Origin: an uncultured Methylomirabilota bacterium
GTDB lineage: Bacteria > Methylomirabilota > Methylomirabilia > CAVQYV01
Direction: 5' to 3'
NCBI GenBank assembly: GCA_963718295.1
Contig: CAVQYV010000010.1
Coordinates: 31,679 to 95,678, forward strand
Length of the DNA: 64,000 nt
Positions 10,147 to 18,909 of this stretch are shown here, one piece after another. Numbering within the stretch: the first letter of the stretch is position 1; every line of letters starts with the position of its first letter. Under the pieces are notes generated by a model, which did no database searches, was not told the DNA's origin, and worked only from the letters and a program-made list of their open reading frames with translations. The translations under genes and the position numbers were made by a program.

Positions 10147-10306
10147 GCCATCCACCGTACAAAAGCTGAACTGAGAAGGCCCGGAAAGTGGGGAGAATTT
10201 TGCAGCAAATTGGGGAAAGTTGCCGAAGCACACCGTCCAAGCCCGCCCGATCAAGAAAGCCCGCCTAGAGTCTGCGACAGAATCGGGAAAGACCCTGAAA
10301 TTTCCC

Positions 10307-10355
10307 TTGACAAGGGATGATATCTCAGTTATATTGTTATTAGAATATTCGAATA
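10307..10355 (+). promoter_or_regulatory. Sigma70 promoter with putative ArsR operator
   Basis: TTGACA(10307)-17 nt-TATATT; near-perfect palindrome TATTAGAATATTCGAATA at 10338..10355. Confidence 0.7.
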
Positions 10356-10363
10356 GGCGGATA

Positions 10364-10681
10364 ATGAAGGAAGAGAACTCGTTGAATTTTGAAGAAGAAG
10401 CGGATCTGCTCCGGATGCTGGGCCATCCCACTCGCCTGAAGATCCTGCAGGTCCTGCAGGAAGAGGAGCGGTGCGTAAAGAATATTTGGGAAAGGCTCGG
10501 CCTGAATCAAGCCAATGTCTCTCAACATCTGGCCATGATGAAGCACAAGGGTATTCTGGGCGCGGCCCGGCGGGGAGGAAGAACCTGCTACTTCATCAAA
10601 GACCAGAGGGCTATTGAGGTCTTGAATTGCATCCGAGACCAGATGAGCGACCACGAAGAAAAGAGGGCGCCAGCCTTATAG
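10364..10681 (+). CDS. ArsR/SmtB family transcriptional regulator
   Basis: LGHPTRLKIL...QANVSQHLAMMK wHTH. Confidence 0.9.
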   Translation: MKEENSLNFEEEADLLRMLGHPTRLKILQVLQEEERCVKNIWERLGLNQANVSQHLAMMKHKGILGAARRGGRTCYFIKDQRAIEVLNCIRDQMSDHEEKRAPAL

Positions 10682-10696
10682 ATCGGGAGGAAAGGG

Positions 10697-11245
10697 ATGA
10701 AAAAGGAATTGCGGGAAGGGATCGTTGGACGATGGCTTATCATGCTGGCCCTGATGGCTTGCTTTTCCCTCTGGGCCATACCGGCTGGAGTTTCGAAGAC
10801 GACTGAAGGGGTAAATTGGCACGCCTATGAGGAAGGAGTAAAAAAGGCTCAGGACAGCAATAAGCCTATCGTGTTGCACTTTTATACCGATTGGTGCGGA
10901 TGGTGCAAGAAGATGGACCGCGAGACTTTTGCCAATCCCCGGATTCAGGAGGTTATGAATTTGAATTTCATCCCCATCAAGGTCAACGCCGAATCGAAGG
11001 AAATGATCAAGGTGGATGGGAAAGAGGTCAAAACCTCCGCACTGGCACGCAGTTTGAAAGTGGTGGGCTTCCCCACCACCCTGTTCCTCGAATCGAATGG
11101 AGCCGATATTGGGTCAGTGCCTGGCTATATCGACCAGGACCGGATGCGCAAGATACTGGTCTACGTCCAGGAGAAGGCCTACAAGAAGATGAGTTTTGAC
11201 GAGTTCACCAAACAGCGAATGGAATTTCGGAGTACCGGTCATTAG
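10697..11245 (+). CDS. Exported thioredoxin-fold protein (SoxW/DUF255-like)
   Basis: Signal peptide, WCGWCKKM, GFPT cis-Pro loop, VPGY. Confidence 0.85.
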   Translation: MKKELREGIVGRWLIMLALMACFSLWAIPAGVSKTTEGVNWHAYEEGVKKAQDSNKPIVLHFYTDWCGWCKKMDRETFANPRIQEVMNLNFIPIKVNAESKEMIKVDGKEVKTSALARSLKVVGFPTTLFLESNGADIGSVPGYIDQDRMRKILVYVQEKAYKKMSFDEFTKQRMEFRSTGH

Positions 11246-11259
11246 GAGGAGAAGAGACC

Positions 11260-11475
11260 ATGCCCATCTATGAATATCGGTGTAAGAGGTGTGAGAACTT
11301 GGCCGAGGTATTGCACAGGTCCAGCCGAGAGGAAAAGGCATTGAGTTGCCCCGCTTGTGGGCACGATGAGATGGAGCGCCAATTCTCCTGCTTTTCCAGC
11401 GGCAGGGGCTCGGGGGGAAATGCAGGATCTGAATCCGGATCGTGCAAGCCCTCTTCCGGCTTTCGCTGAGGCTGA
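11260..11475 (+). CDS. FmdB-family zinc-ribbon protein, probable C-terminal selenocysteine (TGA 11467)
   Basis: MPIYEYRCxxC...CPAC; ends SCKPSSGFR-TGA-GGC-TGA, with a hairpin downstream. The family call is firm; Sec is inferred. Confidence 0.8.
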
Positions 11476-11511
11476 TCCGGAGGGGCGGTCGGCCCCACCA
11501 TTTTTCGGATC
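11474..11511 (+). promoter_or_regulatory. SECIS-like hairpin
   Basis: GGGGC-GGTCG-GCCCC, with the G-initiated loop 17 nt after the TGA, inside an outer stem GATCCGGA/TTCGGATC. Confidence 0.6.
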
Positions 11512-11542
11512 CTATCTACACTTCGCATTGAAGGGACCTGGC

Positions 11543-11800
11543 ATGAATCACGCAGCACATCCGATGTTTTCGACTTTGGTTCTGCTCCTATTTCTTTTGG
11601 CCTGGCTTCTGCTCATGGGCTATATCCTCCCCAAGTTGGGGATCCCCACCTGAATTTCCCCCCAATGCCGGGTCGAGGATCGACCCCAGGGGAAAAAAGC
11701 TGATTTCTCTTCTAAAGATCCGAATGCTTCCTCCTCACAAGGGAGCAATGCGCCCACCTTGTCTTCTCCTCCGAAAAAGGAGGGGTCTGGCTCGAGATGA
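11543..11800 (+). CDS. Small single-TM protein, possible selenoprotein (in-frame TGA 11651, U-x4-C)
   Basis: GAAGGGA RBS; TM helix, then ILPKLGIPT-TGA-ISPQC. Frame stays open to 11800; hairpin GGGTCGA-GGA-TCGACCC at 11670..11686. Confidence 0.55.
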
Positions 11801-11883
11801 GCTATCGCAATCCACAAAAAGGGGCCAGGCAAATTTGCCTGGCCCCTTTTCCTTCCCTGAGACCTGCGAGACCCACCAACCAC

Positions 11884-12333
11884 CTACACCCGGCTGAGAC
11901 GCCTCTCGATTTCTGCCCGGGGAATGGTTCCCACCATGCGGTCCACCAATTTCCCCCCCCTGAAGATCAGAAGGGTAGGAATGCTCAAGATTCCATAACT
12001 GGCGGTTACCTCCGGATTATCATCGGTGTTGAGCTTGGCCACCTTTACCCTGCCGGAGTATTTCCTCGCCAATTGGTCAATGGTAGGAGCGACGATCCGG
12101 CACGGTCCGCACCACGGCGCCCAACAATCCACCAACACCGGGATCTGGGATTTGATCACTTCCTTTTCGAAACTGCGATCATCCACTTCGATCGGCTTGC
12201 CGTTGTTGGAATCTCCCAGGAGGAGCGGCCTTCTGCATCTGCCGCAGCGCAGCGTTCCCCCATTCCGTGCCTGAGGGACACGATTGGTTGTCCCGCAACT
12301 TTTACAAATCATATGATCATGTTGTGCGATCAT
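11884..12333 (-). CDS. trxC: Thioredoxin 2 (zinc-finger thioredoxin)
   Basis: N-terminal CxxC...CxxC and WAPWCGPC active site. Confidence 0.9.
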   Translation of the reverse strand: MIAQHDHMICKSCGTTNRVPQARNGGTLRCGRCRRPLLLGDSNNGKPIEVDDRSFEKEVIKSQIPVLVDCWAPWCGPCRIVAPTIDQLARKYSGRVKVAKLNTDDNPEVTASYGILSIPTLLIFRGGKLVDRMVGTIPRAEIERRLSRV

Positions 12334-12382
12334 CCCAACACCTCGCTCTTCAAGCTGACTGATTCAGGCCCCCGGCCTTCTC

Positions 12383-12589
12383 TTACCTTCAGCCAAAGGA
12401 CAGAGAGCATCGATTCTTCCGAAGCAATCTTAGCCAATCGAAATCGACCCTCTCTTGGGCCGGACCTTTCTCCAAAAGCTCCTCGCGGCCACAATGGGGA
12501 CAGCTACCTTGCTCCTTCGTATCTTTCTCCGACTGATAGCGCTCAAAGGAATGAAGACAGGATGGACATTCGTATTCGATCATCGGCAA
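12383..12589 (-). CDS. Second FmdB-like zinc-ribbon protein, possible penultimate Sec (TGA 12391..12389)
   Basis: GGAGGTG RBS, TTG start MPMIEYECPSC...CPHC; ends RCSLSFG-TGA-AGG-TAA, then AGGCC-GGG-GGCCT hairpin. Confidence 0.7.
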
Positions 12590-12794
12590 TGTGGTCACCT
12601 CCCCTCTATCCAATAATGATGCAGGGATGAAAGGGGAGGTTGCAGAGGAAGGACAAAGAAAGAAAAGCCGAGGATGGACAAACAAAGAAGATCCAGCGAG
12701 GGAGGGCGAGTCCACGGAAGGCCAAGTGGCCAGAGGGAATGCATTACTTCCGGGAGGATGAAATCGTACTTCTACACCATTCCCGGAGGGCCCT

Positions 12795-13040
12795 TCAGCC
12801 CGTCTGACCCTTCCACCGGTCTCGCAGAAGGCGCTGAAGGCGATCTTTCACCTCTGGAGGTATCTGGTACTCTTCGGGCAGGTTGTCCTTGAAGAGGGCG
12901 ATCGTCTTGCGGGTACCATCTATCACCACTCGGCAGGGCTCACAGCCCTCCAAGTGTGCCTCGATATCTACGCAGAGGGATTCGTCCAGTTCCCCATCCA
13001 CAAAATCCGACAGGACTTCCAAAAGGTCCTTACAGTGCAC
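12795..13040 (-). CDS. Zinc-binding anti-sigma factor (zf-HC2/ZAS)
   Basis: MHC...LSDFVDGEL...HLEGCEPC; overlaps the sigma gene stop. Confidence 0.9.
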   Translation of the reverse strand: MHCKDLLEVLSDFVDGELDESLCVDIEAHLEGCEPCRVVIDGTRKTIALFKDNLPEEYQIPPEVKDRLQRLLRDRWKGQTG

Positions 13041-13641
13041 CCTTTCCCTCCTTGACCAGGGCTGAGATCTGCTTTCTCAGAAAAAGCCTGGCCCGCATGA
13101 GTCGAGACTTGACTGCGGAGATCGTGAGGCCCATCATCTCCGAAACCGCCTTGTTGGAGAGGCCTTCCACATCCCGCAGGAGGAACACCGCACGATAGAT
13201 CTGGGGGAGGCTGGCAATGGCCCGCTCCAGTATCTCCACCAGCTCCTTCCTCTCCAGGATCTCGGCCGGGTTCACCGACCAATCGGCAATCTCCTGGGGC
13301 AAGGGGACACCATCTTCATTAAAGTGCTGGGGGTTGTCGAGAGAAACCTCATGAATTTTTCCCTCCTTGCGGAACTTCATCAGGGCGAAGTTGGTGGCGA
13401 TACGGGTGATCCAGGTGCGAAAGCTGGCCTCCTCCCGAAACCGGGAGAGGTTCTCGAAGGCACTGAGAAAGGTCTGTTGCAGTAAATCCTCCGCATCCTC
13501 TCGGTTTCCCAAGAGGCGGTAGAGGTACGAGTAGACCCTGCCGCCATGACGGCTCACCAATTCCTCAAAGGCGACGAAGTCGGCACCCTTCGCCAGCGTG
13601 ACGAGCTCTTGATCCGTTCTCTTCTGGCTATCGACGGTCAT
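13030..13641 (-). CDS. ECF sigma-70 factor
   Basis: DAEDLLQQTF...FRTWITRIATN (region 2); AVKSRLMRAR (region 4). Confidence 0.95.
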   Translation of the reverse strand: MTVDSQKRTDQELVTLAKGADFVAFEELVSRHGGRVYSYLYRLLGNREDAEDLLQQTFLSAFENLSRFREEASFRTWITRIATNFALMKFRKEGKIHEVSLDNPQHFNEDGVPLPQEIADWSVNPAEILERKELVEILERAIASLPQIYRAVFLLRDVEGLSNKAVSEMMGLTISAVKSRLMRARLFLRKQISALVKEGKGAL

Positions 13642-13663
13642 CTGATCTTAATCTCCTGGCCTC

Positions 13664-14374
13664 TTAGCGCTTGTAGCCGACGGGGAGAAGACAGATCGGA
13701 TCCTGCCCGACAGAGCACTTGAGGATGGATGCGATCTCTTTGTCTTCAAAAGCCCCCACAATCCCTGCCCCTAAGCCCAGGGCCTCTGCCTGCAACAAGA
13801 TATTTTGGCCTGCATGGCCAACCTCGATGAGAGCATAGCGAATGCCGCGTTCCCCATATTTCCGGGTGATCCTCTGATACTCGGCAGTGATGGCGACAAT
13901 GACAGGGGCATCCACCATCCACATCTGATGCAATGCCTTCTTCGCTATCGATTGACGCTGGTCTCCCCCCACTACCTTAGAGAGGGCATGGGTCTTGGGA
14001 AGATACCGATAGATGCCAGAATCCAGGCCACTCACCCCCTGATCTGCCACCACCGCATACAGGTCCAGGGGGTAGAGACCCCCTCCTGAGGGGGCGGCCC
14101 GCCTCTGAAATCCTCCCCTCTCCGTGACCCCCTGCCCAGCCCAGAGCAACTGGCCCAACTGGCTAAGGGAGAGGGCCTTGCCTTGGAAGTCGCGAATGGT
14201 TCGCCTTTCCCTGATAGCCCCCTCAACCGAGACCTGCCCCTCTTGATTGGGCCTGGGCAGGAGAATCTCCTGGGAGAATGATGTTCCCGAAGCGACCAAG
14301 AGCAGTCCCCCCAAGAGCAAGATGAACAGTAGATGGAGCTTGGACATAGTATTTCGCCGGGCCGCTTCCCTCAT
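13664..14374 (-). CDS. SagB/ThcOx-type nitroreductase family protein with signal peptide
   Basis: RRTIRDF, RAAPSGGGLYP and EVGHAGQNILL motifs. Confidence 0.9.
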   Translation of the reverse strand: MREAARRNTMSKLHLLFILLLGGLLLVASGTSFSQEILLPRPNQEGQVSVEGAIRERRTIRDFQGKALSLSQLGQLLWAGQGVTERGGFQRRAAPSGGGLYPLDLYAVVADQGVSGLDSGIYRYLPKTHALSKVVGGDQRQSIAKKALHQMWMVDAPVIVAITAEYQRITRKYGERGIRYALIEVGHAGQNILLQAEALGLGAGIVGAFEDKEIASILKCSVGQDPICLLPVGYKR

Positions 14375-14378
14375 TGCC

Positions 14379-15137
14379 TCAGATGCTCATCCCGCCATCG
14401 ATGAGGAGCGTCGTCCCAGTGATGAAGGCAGCCTCGTCAGAGGCGAGATAAAGGACTCCGGCTGCGATCTCCTCTTCCTTGCCCAACCGGCCCACCGGAT
14501 GTCGGGCAATGAAGTTAGCGAGAGCGGCCTGGGGGTCCTGGGAATTATCGATCCTCTGCTGAAGGGAGGGGGTATAGATGGTACCCGGGCAGATGCAGTT
14601 AACCCGGATATTCTCGGATGCGTAATCGGCGGCCATCGCCTTGGTCAGGGCCCAAACCCCACCCTTGGAGGCGGTATAGGCTGCCCGATCCTTCGCCCCC
14701 TTCACTGCCAGCACCGAGGCATTATGGATGATGACCCCTCCTCCCTGCTTGCGCATCTGCGGGATGGCATATTTGGACGGCAGGAAGACCCCTTTGAGAT
14801 TGACTGCCATGGTTTTGTCCCAATCTTCCTCCGAGGTATTCTCAATCCTTCCCGGGATCACGATTCCCGCATTGTTGAAGAGGATATCCAGCCTCCCGAA
14901 AGCCTTTATGGTCTCCTGCACCATTCGTTCGGCGTCTTCAGCCCGTGAAACGTCCCCCTGGATATAGATGCCTTGCCCGCCTCCATCCTCAACCTCTTTC
15001 AGGGTTTCCTGTCCGTGGGCAGGGGTGAAGGAGTTGATCCCTACCTTGGCCCCCTCCCTGGCGAAAAGGATGGCTGTAGCCCGGCCAATGCCCATCCCTG
15101 CACCCGTGATCAATACGACCTTTCCCAGAAATCGCAT
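14379..15137 (-). CDS. Short-chain dehydrogenase/reductase
   Basis: TGAGMGIG, NNAG and YTASK motifs. Confidence 0.95.
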   Translation of the reverse strand: MRFLGKVVLITGAGMGIGRATAILFAREGAKVGINSFTPAHGQETLKEVEDGGGQGIYIQGDVSRAEDAERMVQETIKAFGRLDILFNNAGIVIPGRIENTSEEDWDKTMAVNLKGVFLPSKYAIPQMRKQGGGVIIHNASVLAVKGAKDRAAYTASKGGVWALTKAMAADYASENIRVNCICPGTIYTPSLQQRIDNSQDPQAALANFIARHPVGRLGKEEEIAAGVLYLASDEAAFITGTTLLIDGGMSI

Positions 15138-15229
15138 CGTTGGCCTCCCTATGCTGACGGGACCGAATGAAGGGCCCAGGGCATTCAGCTCCCCTTATGG
15201 GCGATCACTGATCCCTATGGGCCACTCCC

Positions 15230-16192
15230 CTATTCCTTCTCTTTCTCCTTGCCCGGTCCCCCCTCCCTCGGTCCTTTGGGTCCCGATTCCCTCCGATTCT
15301 GTCGCAGGAACTGTTCGATCTCGGTCATTAACTCCGAAGTGCTGGGGAGTTCCAGGCCAGCTTCCCCCGATGCCTCCTCGTCCTTATCCCCTTCACGATC
15401 TCGCTCTTCCAGCTGTTTGACATGCTGAGCCACATTGGGATTTTGAGCCAGAATCTCCGTCAGTTGTGCATCGAAACGCCCGGCAGATTCCTCTAAGATG
15501 GTCAGATCGGCCTTCCAATCCAAGAGGTCCAGAACGCGCTGGACCAGCGCCAGGATCGCATGGGGGTTGCGGACTTCAGAGACATAATGAGGCACCTGCG
15601 CCCATAGGCTGATGGTAGAGAGGTTCGCCCTGCGAGCCGCATCGTTGAGAACGCCAACGATTCCGGTGGGGCCCTCGTAACGAGTGAATACCGCCTGGAG
15701 GCGGCCCGCCAGCTCGATGTCGGTCGTGACGCAGGAGACCTTGGTTGGCCGAGTATGGGGGACATCGGCCAGGAAGGCCCCCAACGTCACGATCCTGCTT
15801 ACCTGGCATTGGCTCGCGAGATCCAGCACAGACCGGCAATAGGCCTTCCAGCGCAGATGGGGCTCAACCCCAATCCCAATGATCACATCGCGGGGAAGGC
15901 CAGAGGCCTGGCTCTGATAGAAATGATTGGCAGGCCAGATGATCTCCCTTTCCCGGCCCGTTTTCTGTTTGAACCGGACCGTCGGCCGCAACAGGGCGAA
16001 ATGGTAGAACTCCTCAGCATCGATATAGGCGAATCTCTTCCCAGACCAGCACTGCACCAAGAACTCCGCCGCCGCCGTGGCGGACTCGGCCGCATCGTTC
16101 CATCCAGCAAAGGCAAGGATCATCACAGGCTCTCGCCATTTCTCAGGCATTCGTTCCACGATCAAAGCTTCCGTCGGCACCCTCTCGCTCAC
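15230..16192 (-). CDS. PAC2 family (proteasome assembly chaperone-like) protein
   Basis: AFAGWNDAA, EPHLRW, LADVPHTRP, YEGPTGIVGVL, VPHYV motifs and C-terminal EIEQFLR. Confidence 0.85.
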   Translation of the reverse strand: MSERVPTEALIVERMPEKWREPVMILAFAGWNDAAESATAAAEFLVQCWSGKRFAYIDAEEFYHFALLRPTVRFKQKTGREREIIWPANHFYQSQASGLPRDVIIGIGVEPHLRWKAYCRSVLDLASQCQVSRIVTLGAFLADVPHTRPTKVSCVTTDIELAGRLQAVFTRYEGPTGIVGVLNDAARRANLSTISLWAQVPHYVSEVRNPHAILALVQRVLDLLDWKADLTILEESAGRFDAQLTEILAQNPNVAQHVKQLEERDREGDKDEEASGEAGLELPSTSELMTEIEQFLRQNRRESGPKGPREGGPGKEKEKE

Positions 16193-16337
16193 CTCTCGAT
16201 CCCATTCATGAACCCGAAGAACCGATTTTCCGATCCAGGACTCACCTTATATCTCACCTTTTGCTTCAGGTCAAATCAGATCCGCCTTTTCTCATGGACC
16301 CCGCATCGCTTGCCGACAATCGCGACCCATGACTTCT

Positions 16338-17369
16338 TCAAGCAGATGCCCTTTCTTCCAGCCGTTTCATCTGCTTTGGCTCCCCCAGGGCCACCAACCG
16401 ATCCCCCGGCTCCATTAAGACCTCCGGGGAAGGGTTGAAAACCATTCGGCCCGAGGCCTTCTTGACGGCGACGATGATTACCCCGTGCTCTTGCCGAATC
16501 CCCGAATCCCTCAGGGCCAAGTGGGCGAGTCCAGAGGAAGGGTGGATCTGAATCTCTTCCATCTCCAGTTCCAGGCTCTCGCTATGGGTGGCGATCTCTA
16601 TGAAGTCCACGACGGTCGGTTTCAATATGGTATGGGCCATCCGCAGTCCCCCAATCTGGTAGGGAGAGATCACTTTGTTGGCTCCCGCGCGCCCCAATTT
16701 TCGCTCGGATCCCTCCTCTTCTCCTCCCCGGGCCAGGATATAGAGCTTAGGGTTCAGGTCGCGGGCGGTCAACGTAATGAGAAGGTTTTCGGCATCGGAT
16801 GGCAGGGCGGTGATCAATCCCTTGGCCCTGCTCACCCCAGCCTGTACCAAGGTCCCCTCTTCGGTGGCATCTCCCTGGATGGTTAAGAGCCCCTCCCATT
16901 GGTGCCGCGATAGGGTCTCCTTGTCCTTCTCGATCGCGACAAATGGGACCTTGTGTTGGCTGAATTCCTTGGCGATCAGGCGACCGACCCGACCGAATCC
17001 GCAGAGAATATAATGATCCTGCAACCTGTCGATCCTCCTCTCTGCCCTTTTCCTGCCCAAGAGCCGCTGCAGTTCTCCCTCGATTACCCACTGGGTGATG
17101 CTGGTAAAGACCAAGAAGGCACAGCCAACCCCAAAGACGATCAGAATGATCGTGAACAGGCGACCGATCGAAGAGAATTCTGCCACCTCCCTGAATCCCA
17201 CGGTCGAGACGGTAATCACTGTCATGTAGAGGGCATCTAGGAGGGTGAGATGCTCCAGGAGATGATACCCGACCGTTCCCCCAACGATGACCGAGAGGAG
17301 CAGGCAGAGGGAAATACTGAGTCGCCTTCCAGGGTCCATCGGCCTCCTGAGATCAATCGGGGACTTCAT
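16338..17369 (-). CDS. Potassium channel with TrkA-N/TrkA-C (RCK) domains
   Basis: TVSTVGF pore signature; CGFGRVG Rossmann motif. Confidence 0.9.
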   Translation of the reverse strand: MKSPIDLRRPMDPGRRLSISLCLLLSVIVGGTVGYHLLEHLTLLDALYMTVITVSTVGFREVAEFSSIGRLFTIILIVFGVGCAFLVFTSITQWVIEGELQRLLGRKRAERRIDRLQDHYILCGFGRVGRLIAKEFSQHKVPFVAIEKDKETLSRHQWEGLLTIQGDATEEGTLVQAGVSRAKGLITALPSDAENLLITLTARDLNPKLYILARGGEEEGSERKLGRAGANKVISPYQIGGLRMAHTILKPTVVDFIEIATHSESLELEMEEIQIHPSSGLAHLALRDSGIRQEHGVIIVAVKKASGRMVFNPSPEVLMEPGDRLVALGEPKQMKRLEERASA

Positions 17370-17756
17370 CCCCCGGGTTCATGGAAAATACCGGATACCG
17401 GCGTATTTTAACGACAGAGGGAGGATTTGGCAAAGAAAATCATCGTATAACTCAAAAAACTTGACCGCTTTGCAAGCCGAATGTTATGATATGAGGTACG
17501 AGCAAAACCGCTACCCCCCTTCATCAGGAGGGGGGTCTTCTTGGCTGCCAATCTCAGGTGAGATTCATTTCTGCGCCCCACGGATAGAGGGCCTTGATCC
17601 TCATCACGGAAAACGTCAGAGCTTTGCGGCCTCGATGATTCGTTATCCATAAACGCTTATCACCGAATTCCACTGCGGAATGAACCAGAGGCCTCTCGGC
17701 GATGATAAGAAAAAGCGCTTTCGGAAACTCATTCCGAAGGCAACTTAGGAGGATTC

Positions 17757-18794
17757 ATGCAAAGAGTACCGGGAATGTTGCGCTTGATCATGATCGTGAT
17801 CCTGGCCCTGGCCGCAACCCCTCTGGGTTTTCTCGAATCCAGAGCCGAGCAGTCTGAGCCGGCTTCACCCACCATTGCACAACCGGAGAACAAAGCGATG
17901 GCAACGGTAAACGGAGTCACCCTTTACGAGGTGGACCTTCGGGGAATGACAGAGGCCCTCTGGAAAGGCTCCGGAAAACCCGACGCCCCTCCGGAGGGAG
18001 ATCTTGCGCTCCGCAGGGAAGCGCTGAAACAGCTCATTGAATATGAGCTTCTATACCAGGATAGCCTCACCCTCGCGCCCGAGGAATTGGAGAAGATAGA
18101 AAAGCAAGTGGAAGAGACGGTTTCAAACGCGGAAAAACAATCAGGCGGCAGGGAAAAGCTCGTCGAGCAATTGGCGCAGGGTGGGCTCACGCTGGAGCGG
18201 GCCCGGGATACCTTGAGGAAGAACCTCTTGGTTCGAGGCGATGTCGAACAGAAGGTGATATCCAAAGTCCAGGTGAGCGAAGAAGAGATCGGGGCCTTTT
18301 ACCAGGCCAACACCGAGAGGTTCAAACATGAGGAGTTAATAGGGGCACGCCACATCTTGATCTTGGTGCCCAAGGATGCCACGGAGGAGCAGAAAAAGGC
18401 TGTCCTGGAGAAGATCTCCGCCCTGCGGAAGGAGATCTCGGGGGGCAAGGAGTTCGCGGAAGTTGCCAAGGCGAGTTCGGAATGTCCCAGCAAAGAGCGC
18501 GGTGGCGACCTGGGATATTTCCCTAAGGGCACAATGGTGCCGGAGTTTGAACAGGTGGCCTACTCCTTGAAGGAAGGGGAGGTGAGCGAGCCGGTGCTGA
18601 CCCAGTTCGGCTATCATCTCATCCTGGTCTATGGGAGAAAACCTGCCGGGGTTTCGCCCCTTGAGGAGGTCCGTGGGACCGTGGAAACGGACCTTAGGAA
18701 CCAGAAAACTCAGGAGGCTTTCAACTCGTACACGGAGAACCTCCGCAAGGTTGCGAAAATCACGATCTTGGATCAAACTCTGGCGCAAGATTAG
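17757..18794 (+). CDS. PrsA/SurA-like parvulin (PpiC) PPIase, paralog 1
   Basis: Signal peptide; ARHILI, GGDLGYF, MVPEFE and FGYHLI motifs. Confidence 0.9.
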   Translation: MQRVPGMLRLIMIVILALAATPLGFLESRAEQSEPASPTIAQPENKAMATVNGVTLYEVDLRGMTEALWKGSGKPDAPPEGDLALRREALKQLIEYELLYQDSLTLAPEELEKIEKQVEETVSNAEKQSGGREKLVEQLAQGGLTLERARDTLRKNLLVRGDVEQKVISKVQVSEEEIGAFYQANTERFKHEELIGARHILILVPKDATEEQKKAVLEKISALRKEISGGKEFAEVAKASSECPSKERGGDLGYFPKGTMVPEFEQVAYSLKEGEVSEPVLTQFGYHLILVYGRKPAGVSPLEEVRGTVETDLRNQKTQEAFNSYTENLRKVAKITILDQTLAQD

Positions 18795-18909
18795 GATTCC
18801 CTTTTGAATGAGAAAAATGAGGAAGGGATTGGAAATAGGAGTTGAGTTAAGTTCCAAAGTTCGAAACGAAGGCTGTACGAATCAGCCAACGGCTGAGGAA
18901 AACCCAATT

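Noticed and set aside
11473-11475. Second TGA also read as Sec, giving a long extension
   Set aside because: It lies too close to the hairpin loop, and the extension would overlap the next ORF out of frame with no recognisable domain.
12795-12797. Sec read-through of the anti-sigma TGA
   Set aside because: The domain is complete, and I see no convincing hairpin or motif after the stop.
13664-14374. RiPP (thiazole/oxazole) cluster implied by SagB-type genes here and at 47137..47931
   Set aside because: No YcaO cyclodehydratase or precursor peptide nearby; standalone nitroreductases of this type are common.
17643-17651. DnaA-box-like TTATCCATA suggesting an origin
   Set aside because: A single imperfect box with no cluster, AT-rich unwinding region or replication genes.
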